DNA from: Octopus bimaculoides
Taxonomy: Eukaryota
Assembly: GCF_001194135.2 (NCBI RefSeq)
Contig: NC_068999.1
Coordinates: forward strand, 7,350,776-7,395,696
Length of the DNA: 44,921 nucleotides
Direction: 5' to 3'
Both the position numbers and the translations under genes were made by a program. This document shows positions 35,101 through 44,921 of this stretch, in pieces. Below the pieces are notes generated by a model. It did no database searches and was not told the origin of the DNA. It saw only the letters and a list, made by a program, of their open reading frames with translations. Within the stretch, counting starts at the first letter, position 1, and each line of letters begins with the position of its first letter.

Positions 35101-36703
35101 CTAACAGTCAGTACCTAATGGCGTCCGTCCTCTTTAGCGTGTCAAGATCGAACAGGTGAAAACATTTGTTTCACGGGAGTTCTTCCTCTGATAGTCCCTG
35201 TCGCTGTCTACCTAAGAGAAGAGAAATTAAAGAATATAAGAGAAAGAAACAAAAAAGCAGTAAAACTACTTACATCGATTTGTCCTATAAAAACCATGGT
35301 CACAATCCGATGACCGATAGAAGCAAAAAATGAAAGATGAAAGTTAGAATATCTATTGTATCCAGTGACTGGAACTAAAGAACTGAAGAAATGAAGAACT
35401 AAGGTGGTTATTTTGATTTTCGTGTTTCGTCGAATATCGCCATCAAAGCGTGAGATATGCTATAAAATCATACCATTCTAAAGAGGCTGGTATTTACGTA
35501 TGTATTACAAGCAGAATTACAAACACATGCCAGCAACCTTTTGTGATGATCAACACGAAATGAGAAACGGATTGACGGCTGTCAATGGTGGGTTTTAATG
35601 GACAACTAATAGCATAAATTGATCACAAATTGATCACAAATTGATCCATCTGTTTATGAAAAGGAATTTAAAGTTGTTTTCTAGCTACACACCAAATATA
35701 AGCATCGCCAAAGGGTTCTGATGCGTATTCGCTGCAAACAGATCATCGCGTAACAAAAGGTGTTAGAATTCAATTTCGAACGTGTGGATTTTGAAAGAGA
35801 AACATCTTGGGAAATTCATTATAGAACTTGTCGATGATATATTAAAGAATTTCTACTAGCAATGTATGCAAATGTAAGCGGTATAATCATCAGCACGTTG
35901 GCAGCTCCTTCTCATATTATCGTTCAGTTGCAAAAGAGAGTGGCACACTCAAAGGAATATAAGCGAACATTTACAGTTCATCATCATTTGGAAATTGGTC
36001 AGCGCACATACGAAGCTCTTTTGTAAAGCTTCACTTCAATCACCGGCATTTCCATCCATCCATCCATCCATCCATCCATCCATCCATACATACATACATA
36101 CATACATATTCATATATATATATATANNNNNNNNNNNNNNNNNNNNNNNNNNNNNNNNNNNNNNNNNNNNNNNNNNNNNNNNNNNNNNNNNNNNNNNNNN
36201 NNNNNNNNNNNNNNNNNNNNNNNNNNNNNNNNNNNNNNNNNNNNNNNNNNNNNNNNNNNNNNNNNNNNNNNNNNNNNNNNNNNNNNNNNNNNNNNNNNNN
36301 NNNNNNNNNNNNNNNNNNNNNNNNNNNNNNNNNNNNNNNNNNNNNNNNNNNNNNNNNNNNNNNNNNNNNNNNNNNNNNNNNNNNNNNNNNNNNNNNNNNN
36401 NNNNNNNNNNNNNNNNNNNNNNNNNNNNNNNNNNNNNNNNNNNNNNNNNNNNNNNNNNNNNNNNNNNNNNNNNNNNNNNNNNNNNNNNNNNNNNNNNNNN
36501 NNNNNNNNNNNNNNNNNNNNNNNNNNNNNNNNNNATATATATATATATATATATACACATACATATATACACACACAAGTATATGAAAACACTACGCTGA
36601 TTATTATATTAGTAGATACTATAAAAATTCCCATCCGATATTGATTTAAACATTCTGAATATCATTATTGATATCATAATTACAATCGTTTTTGACACCT
36701 TAC

Positions 36704-36800
36704 CTCTCTTATCAAAGAAACTACCAGTTCTTTTGTCAATGTAATCAGTGAAATGTATATCAATAGTTATTACATCAATAAATGCATTAAGAACATGGTT
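36704..36800 (-). CDS. Candidate 97-nt exon NHVLNAFIDVITIDIHFTDYIDKRTGSFFDKR(G)
   Basis: Acceptor ctcattcag|, donor AGAG|gtaagg, open frame; no homolog recognised. Confidence 0.2.
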
Positions 36801-36902
36801 CTGAATGAGTTATCTCACTTATAATTTGTCGAATTGTTACAGTCGTTAGAGTGTCGGTTAGTACACATATAGCTTTGCGGTATTTGTCTCCGGTTCTCGA
36901 TA

Positions 36903-37030
36903 AGGCGGTGAGCTGGCAGAATCGTTAGCACGCCGGACAAAATGCGATTGGCTTTTCGTTCCGAGTTCAAATTCCGGTGATGTCGACTTTAACTTTCTTT
37001 CTTTCGGCGTCGGTAAAATAAGCACTAGTG
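36903..37030 (+). mobile_element. Family E SINE, 5' part
   Basis: GGCGGTGAGCTGGCAGAATCGTTAGCACGCCGG...GAGTTCAAATTCC...GTCGACTTT. Confidence 0.85.
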
Positions 37031-37403
37031 AAGTTTGCTAAAATATTATAATGGAGTATCCCGTATGTTGAAAACCTATATGATTTTATGCGTCCGAGGA
37101 GAGCGGTGCATTTCAAGTTGATGTAACTCTTGCATTGGTCGATTAAATGGACCCGCTTGAAACGGCCGTAATGCACTAATGTCTGGATATCCTTGTTACA
37201 CATTTGCTTTTTATTCACCTAACTTTCAGACTTTCAACTGTGCGAATAATACCGAACTGACTTGGTGCCTCAACTCAAGTACCTACTTAAAATGAATCGT
37301 AACTATATATATATGTATATATCGTGTCAATTAATCTATTTCTCTCCCTTTCGATCTCTCTTCCTCTGTATATTTATATGTGTGTGTGTATGTGTGTATG
37401 TGA

Positions 37404-37463
<60 letters not shown>

Positions 37464-38135
37464 NNNNNNNNNNNNNNNNNNNNNNNNNNNNNNNNNNNNN
37501 NNNNNNNNNNNNNNNNNNNNNNNNNNNNNNNNNNNNNNNNNNNNNNNNNNNNNNNNNNNNNNNNNNNNNNNNNNNNNNNNNNNNNNNNNNNNNNNNNNNN
37601 NNNNNNNNNNNNNNNNNNNNNNNNNNNNNNNNNNNNNNNNNNNNNNNNNNNNNNNNNNNNNNNNNNNNNNNNNNNNNNNNNNNNNNNNNNNNNNNNNNNN
37701 NNNNNNNNNNNNNNNNNNNNNNNNNNNNNNNNNNNNNNNNNNNNNNNNNNNNNNNNNNNNNNNNNNNNNNNNNNNNNNNNNNNNNNNNNNNNNNNNNNNN
37801 NNNNNNNNNNNNNNNNNNNNNNNNNNNNNNNNNNNNNNNNNNNNNNNNNNNNNNNNNNNNNNNNNNNNNNNNNNNNNNNNNNNNNNNNNNNNNNNNNNNN
37901 NNNNNNNNNNNNNNNNNNNNNNNNNNNNNNNNNNNNNNNNNNNNNNNNNNNNNNNNNNNNNNNNNNNNNNNNNNNNNNNNNNNNNNNNNNNNNNNNNNNN
38001 NNNNNNNNNNNNNNNNNNNNNNNNNNNNNNNNNNNNNNNNNNNNNNNNNNNNNNNNNNNNNNNNNNNNNNNNNNNNNNNNNNNNNNNNNNNNNATATATA
38101 TATACATATACATGCATATATACACATATATATAC

Positions 38136-38166
<31 letters not shown>

Positions 38167-39710
38167 GATATGCATATATATATATGCATATATACATACA
38201 TGTACATGTGTCGGTATTTATCTGTATGATTTATGAAACTGAAATTAATACGTGCCGATAATTTCATAGAAGTTCAATGATATTTTTAGCACGGTTATTT
38301 CGCAGACTAATTGCATAGGTCCCCAAAACAGACAGATTATTATCATCAACTGAGAAAGTACATCACGTATGAAGAATATATATTTCCTGACTTTCTTTCT
38401 CTCCGAATCAAAATAAATAAATAAATATCAACCCAAAAACCTGAAGATTTTACAAAGAATGGAACACGTTGTAACATTATCAATGACAAAAATAACAAGA
38501 ACTTCTGTAAAGCTTATCATTATATTAGCTGAATCAGTTTACATGGTATTTTTTTTTTGGCTTCTAATCTCAACGAAGTAATTGCGACGAAATCGTAAAT
38601 ATTACACAGAGACAGGTGTATTTCTATCGAATTTTGAACGTAACTGCTTTACTGTATGTACGTTCGTAAATCAATTGCGGCGTATAGATTGCACAAATTG
38701 ATTATCAAAAAATTATATATATTAGAATTTTGACAATATCTTTTGAAGCTAAAAGTCTGAGCGTTTATAATTTAATTTCTGGATTATGAAAGTATGGAAA
38801 GCATTAATGTTACTGTTATATTTACTTTTAACGAGACGCCCAAAAAATGGCGACGAAAATAAAAAAGGAAGGAAAAAATTTGCCAAAACTTTTGGTTACA
38901 TTATAATCCCAAAATTATTTAGAGGATTACTACAGGTGTTGACTTTGTCTTTATTCTGCACCAGGGCAATCGAGATTAATTACAAAAAAAATCTCTAATC
39001 GTAAGTGTTCCATTTATGACCATCATATCTTATAGTAACAGCCCTGCGGCGTTTAAGCCGGCTGCGTGATACGCACCATAAATATCTCCAGAATTTTCTG
39101 TTAACAACAAAAGTTTTCTTGTTACATTTTACTGGAAATTTAGTCTTCGATGTAAAGATTTTTACTGAAACTTTTGTTAAATAATTAACCTACGTCATAG
39201 TCATTACTTCTCTTACATGTGTTGTATACAGGAAATTAACATATGTCTGCAGACATTAGAATTTAATTTAAAATCTTGAAAAAATGCGCAATCTATGCTT
39301 GGAAATCACTAGTTAATAAAACTGAACATTAATTAAGCAAAAATTAGTTAAAATGTCTAAAGAAAGTTAAAGAAAAATTTATCAGTTTTTTGTTATGACT
39401 TAGAAGATCTTTGTTTCTATTTAAAAAGAGAAATTTCGTTGTCGTTTGGTCCAACGTCCGCTTGGATCGAATAAAGGGTGCGCCATTCTCAACTGTTCCG
39501 TCATTTGTCGGAAAATGCTTTTAGATATGCATCGTCAAATCTATCTTATATTAACTACGGTTCCTGTAATGTGCTTACTTGAGAATCTAAAAGAAAGAAA
39601 TTAGATACCATAAGCTATCACGTAAAAACACTTCAAAGATTATTATCCCAATGATTTGTCATGGGGTCGTATTCGAGATGTGTTTCACCATACTCTGCTT
39701 AAAACCTTAC

Positions 39711-39787
39711 CTTCATTTCGTAGGTCGTCAATTTCATATTGTCTGTCTTTACCAGTAACATCCAATATACATTGTGTAGTTTTCGTC
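39711..39787 (-). CDS. Candidate 77-nt exon TKTTQCILDVTGKDRQYEIDDLRNE (a second frame is also open)
   Basis: Acceptor ttttatcctaacaaag|, donor GAAG|gtaagg; no homolog recognised. Confidence 0.22.
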
Positions 39788-40389
39788 CTTTGTTAGGATA
39801 AAATATTCTCCAAAATATAACAGTGAACGTGACTTAGTTGTCAGCACAGTGGCATGGGCCCGACGTTGAGACGAGAGCCAACTTTACATGGAACGCCATT
39901 TATACAGATGGATGGTATTTATCAATAAATCCGCTTATCTTTGTATGTACGCCGTAACATATTCTGCGCTCCAACGAACAGACAAAACACATATATTATT
40001 AAAGTATAGTACTCTTGACAAATCAATAAAGTGCAGCTAATAAGAGGCTTTATATTTTCTAGGCATCATGTATAGAATCGCAGCTTTTGATAACATTTCA
40101 AACAGGGATAATTTAAGCTCGGTCTTACTAGCTGCAATTAAGTGCCTTGAATGGCATAACTAAAAGCTACACAGTGAATATGTTGCATAATTAATGTGTT
40201 TCATTAGATTTCGTTACGTTCCAAGTTAAAATCGTAAAAGAGATTGGTTATAATATAAGTCTGCCAAATGTGAGTCTCACTAAGTCGTTTAATGCAGTTG
40301 ACAAGAGGTGAACGGAAATGAGAAATTTATTGACCTAACCTTTACAAATATCAAGGCTGAAGTGCTTTAGTTTTGCGTGTGTGTGCTTG

Positions 40390-40423
<34 letters not shown>

Positions 40424-42321
40424 NNNNNNNNNNNNNNNNNNNNNNNNNNNNNNNNNNNNNNNNNNNNNNNNNNNNNNNNNNNNNNNNNNNNNNNNNNNNN
40501 NNNNNNNNNNNNNNNNNNNNNNNNNNNNNNNNNNNNNNNNNNNNNNNNNNNNNNNNNNNNNNNNNNNNNNNNNNNNNNNNNNNNNNNNNNNNNNNNNNNN
40601 NNNNNNNNNNNNNNNNNNNNNNNNNNNNNNNNNNNNNNNNNNNNNNNNNNNNNNNNNNNNNNNNNNNNNNNNNNNNNNNNNNNNNNNNNNNNNNNNNNNN
40701 NNNNNNNNNNNNNNNNNNNNNNNNNNNNNNNNNNNNNNNNNNNNNNNNNNNNNNNNNNNNNNNNNNNNNNNNNNNNNNNNNNNNNNNNNNNNNNNNNNNN
40801 NNNNNNNNNNNNNNNNNNNNNNNNNNNNNNNNNNNNNNNNNNNNNNNNNNNNNNNNNNNNNNNNNNNNNNNNNNNNNNNNNNNNNNNNNNNNNNNNNNNN
40901 NNNNNNNNNNNNNNNNNNNNNNNNNNNNNNNNNNNNNNNNNNNNNNNNNTATATATATACATATACATACATATATATAATGTATGTGTGTATATATCTA
41001 TGTATATCTACCGAATTATCTCCAATTTAGAGTTTCTATTTACAATGTGAACCACGTTGCCATTTATTGTGTTACTTCCGACGAAATAATTACCAATGTC
41101 GCATATAGATTGATGTAATTAAACACATCGCGCAACATTACATGCGTGTTATTAGTTGGCTATAAAATCGCTGTTTGATATGTATTATCGAAAATGCCTC
41201 ATCTCTTCATATCTAAATATTTACAAACTTCCCTGCTTTGAAATGCTTAATAACTAATGGAATAAGTACGAACATAATGGGTTGAATATCATAGCTTTAC
41301 TTAATCACTTATATAACTGCATGTGAGAGAGGTAAACATTGTTAAACAATGCTTTACTCAACCGAGCTAAAGCTAGGGGATATATACTAAACTATGAAAA
41401 AGCAAAAGGTTTTGAAATGTAGAGTCACATCGGAGTCACTATACATTGGAGCTGGAAGTAAGCAATGTCGTTAGAAATTGGTAGATTCGTGTCGTGACCC
41501 CTGTTAAATCGATGTGTTGCCTATGGGATACGTATTGTTGAGTGTTTGAGGAAGTGTTGGAGGGTTCTTCGTCGGTGGCGTCGATGAACATTCAGTTGTT
41601 CGAGTTCGATTGGATGAATCCTTATTCGTAAAATTAACATGTAAACGGCTGAGTACTCCATAGATACGTAACACTGCGGTATCCTCAGATTGGTACAGTT
41701 TCACAAGGGCAGACCTTTGAATTACGGATGCAATAGAGGGCAGAGAGACAAAGAGAGGGAGAGGATGAGAGAGAAGCTGATAGATAGATAGAGAGAGCGA
41801 GGGGGGATAGGGAGAGGGAGAGAGAGTAAGAGAGAGAGAGAGCGAGTAGAATCGAATTTAATACTGGTGGGCTGGTGGTACTAAATTTATATATTCGCTA
41901 CCTAATCTCATGTGACCCTATCGGCCTTCCTTGTTTGTATTCGTTTGGTTTGGTTTGTTGTATGTCCTGTTTTTGTTACCAACTTTGATCCTCAACAAAT
42001 CCCAGTTTTTATTTTGGCTCGTCGTGGGAGCAATCGCCTTCAAAGTCTTATCTTGTAGTTCATTGCTCGAAATAAGGAATAGAAGGGCAACTGACAACTG
42101 ATGAAGGGGCGTTTTTTTAATATTACTTGCCTTGTTTTCCATTTGTTTCTCCCGTACTTTGCGTACCCAATTTTATTTTCGTATTTCATGATGTTTACGT
42201 TTTGTGACCTCTTGAACCCCTATATGCAAACCTGTATACATACATTTGTATGTATGCCCATATGCGTGTATATATGCATATATATATATATATTATTTAT
42301 ATTATTATTTGATTGAACGCC

Positions 42322-42365
<44 letters not shown>

Positions 42366-43643
42366 AAGAAAGACAATTGCTAGCAATAATCAGAAAGATG
42401 TAGCAGTTTTTCAAGGCATATTAAGAGTTAGTGGTTCTTTGCTTTTTTGTGTATAGTTGCTTTTATTTATATTGTTCCCTAAATAAGATTTCAAAATGGT
42501 TTTTGAGCTGTAGTTTCTATTCATTTTGTAGAGAAGACAAATGTGTCAGTATGCAGAATTTCATTATTCCTCATTAGAAAATTACAAAATGTGTAAAGAG
42601 TTCTTCAAAACGTAGAAATCAATATTTCTCAATTCACAAATTCTCACTTATTTAAAAAAAAAATCTCATCATCTTTCTAACGAAGTATCCTTCAGCCCCT
42701 CAGCATTTTCACTAGTCTTTCCATCAACGATAGACACAATGTGTGTTTATATATATATATANNNNNNNNNNNNNNNNNNNNNNNNNNNNNNNNNNNNNNN
42801 NNNNNNNNNNNNNNNNNNNNNNNNNNNNNNNNNNNNNNNNNNNNNNNNNNNNNNNNNNNNNNNNNNNNNNNNNNNNNNNNNNNNNNNNNNNNNNNNNNNN
42901 NNNNNNNNNNNNNNNNNNNNNNNNNNNNNNNNNNNNNNNNNNNNNNNNNNNNNNNNNNNNNNNNNNNNNNNNNNNNNNNNNNNNNNNNNNNNNNNNNNNN
43001 NNNNNNNNNNNNNNNNNNNNNNNNNNNNNNNNNNNNNNNNNNNNNNNNNNNNNNNNNNNNNNNNNNNNNNNNNNNNNNNNNNNNNNNNNNNNNNNNNNNN
43101 NNNNNNNNNNNNNNNNNNNNNNNNNNNNNNNNNNNNNNNNNNNNNNNNNNNNNNNNNNNNNNNNNNNNNNNNNNNNNNNNNNNNNNNNNNNNNNNNNNNN
43201 NNNNNNNNNNNNNNNNNNNNNNNNNNNNNNNNNNNNNNNNNNNNNNNNNNNNNNNNNNNNNNNNNNNNNNNNNNNNNNNNNNNNNNNNNNNNNNNNNNNN
43301 NNNNNNNNNNNNNNNNNNNNNNNNNNNNNNNNNNNNNNNNNNNNNNNNNNNNNNNNNNNNNNNNNNNNNNNNNNNNNNNNNNNNNNNNNNNNNNNNNNNN
43401 NNNNNNNNNNNNNNNNNNNNNNNNNNNNNNNNNNNNNNNNNNNNNNNNNNNNNNNNNNNNNNNNNNNNNNNNNNNNNNNNNNNNNNNNNNNNNNNNNNNN
43501 NNNNNNNNNNNNNNNNNNNNNNNNNNNNNNNNNNNNNNNNNNNNNNNNNNNNNNNNNNNNNNNNNNNNNNNNNNNNNNNNNNNNNNNNNNNNNNNNNNNN
43601 NNNNNNNNNNNNNNNNNNNNNNNNNNNNNNNNNNNNNNNNNNN

Positions 43644-43696
<53 letters not shown>

Positions 43697-44144
43697 TTCT
43701 CTGATAGAGGATTCATATCTCTATCTGTCTCTTTGGGTGGCAACAGGTCGCTCTCATCTATTCGCGTTTGTAATTGCATTCAAACAGATATATTTATGTA
43801 CACACTGCTTTATTTATGTATACATACAAACATACATACAGACATATATATATATACATACATACATGTGTGTGTGAGTGTATGCGTGTACACACATACA
43901 CACACACACACATATATATACAGGTATATGTTCATATATCTTTGATTTATATATATATGTATATGTATACATATGTATGTGTGTATACAATTACATACAT
44001 GTGTGTATATATAAACACTTATTCATAATTGCATATAGTGCGTTGTTTCTGTATGTGTGTGCCTGTGTGTGATTGTCTATTCAAACAAGAGAAAGTAGCA
44101 CTAAATACATACTGTAGGATCTATATTTACAATAAGAGGTTACT

Positions 44145-44470
44145 GAGCACAATGGCCCAGTGGTTAAGGCAGCGGGCACGCGGTCGTAGGATCGCAGTTT
44201 CGGTTCTCAGACCGGGCGTTGTGAGTGTTTATTGAGCGAAAACACCACGTGCCTCCGGCACTCTTTCTACCTGTTTCTGTTCTACCTGTATTTCAATGAG
44301 CCAGATTTGTCACACACTGTGTCACGCTGAACCTCCTGCTGAACTATGTTAAGGGTACACGTGTCTGTGGAGTGCTCAGCCACTTGCACGTTAATTTCAC
44401 GAGCACGCTGTTCCGTTGATCGGATCAACTAGAACCCTCGTCGTCGTAACCGACGGAGTGCCACAAGACA
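44145..44470 (+). mobile_element. Family D SINE with internal deletions
   Basis: Same head (GCACAATGGCCCAGTGGTTA) and tail (CGACGGAGTGCC) as 32377-32766, missing part of the body. Confidence 0.9.
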
Positions 44471-44890
44471 ACATTAACAAAATCTCAATATCAGCAATTT
44501 GAAGGGCCGTAATGGTAGCTTATTACAGCAAAATTAGCTGTTCAGTTTGAATGGGAGCTCTACGCCGACGTGACCGAGGCGGCCGGTGTGTACACTACGA
44601 TAAAATGAAGGTGCGCAAATTGAACCCGTCGGCTTGCATACTAAAAACCGAAAAACATGAAATATTCGACCCAAAGGAGAACATAAAGAGGCATGATTAA
44701 ATATCGCAAATTATTTTGTGTGATTCTATTTGGATTCTACACGCTATTGGCCTTCTAGTCTACCAACAAAGTATATAATAAATTGCCAAATGAAAATTGT
44801 TTCCAAATAAATTATATCAGTAATTATACATAAAACGCATATATACCTGCATATATGTATGTATATCTGTATATATATATATATATATAC

Positions 44891-44921
<31 letters not shown>

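Larger units (their letters stand above)
797..43643. other. 13 assembly gaps: 797-1289, 1875-1884, 2225-2824, 3658-3915, 13193-13402, 16101-16917, 22140-22282, 23255-24110, 27528-27537, 36127-36534, 37464-38093, 40424-40949, 42762-43643
   Basis: N runs, most bordered by (TA)n/(CA)n/(CT)n. Confidence 0.99.

Noticed and set aside
15571-35647. Short tandem duplications (20 bp at 15571, 21 bp at 22738, about 90 bp at 25791, 11 bp at 35616)
   Set aside because: Ordinary slippage products with no linked feature
38786-38998. ORF with a signal-peptide-like start (MKVWKALMLLLYLLL)
   Set aside because: Hydrophobic residues are expected from T-rich DNA; no convincing splice site or homology
556-43945. 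All long ORFs containing X runs (200-400 aa)
   Set aside because: They are open only because N codons contain no stops
357-44072. YI/HT/CV/LS/poly-T, V, L, N, F ORFs
   Set aside because: Translations of di-, tri- and tetranucleotide microsatellites
6154-44470. tRNA genes
   Set aside because: All A/B-box segments run on into SINE bodies and are multi-copy; none forms a stand-alone cloverleaf

Overview
Animal genomic DNA that is AT-rich, dense in microsatellites and broken by 13 assembly gaps. The SINE/MITE repertoire and microsatellite load point to an octopod cephalopod such as Octopus; this is recall-based inference, not a database result. No protein-coding gene can be called with confidence. 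The long ORFs in the track come from N-runs or simple repeats. Well supported features: about 20 tRNA/CORE-type SINE copies from several families (two with intact 13-bp TSDs); two decayed mariner transposase fragments; two mariner-derived MITEs (one inserted at a TA inside a transposase codon); a cluster of TTAA-flanked piggyBac-like MITEs around an RTE LINE fragment; and several strong hairpins. Most interesting: a 54-bp palindrome present in only one copy of an old 264-bp tandem duplication, a 61-nt pre-miRNA-sized hairpin, a 218-bp foldback, a close inverted SINE pair (possible dsRNA/ADAR substrate), and a speculative chain of phase-compatible small minus-strand exons whose joined translation has dibasic KR sites. 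I found no clear undescribed multi-gene system.
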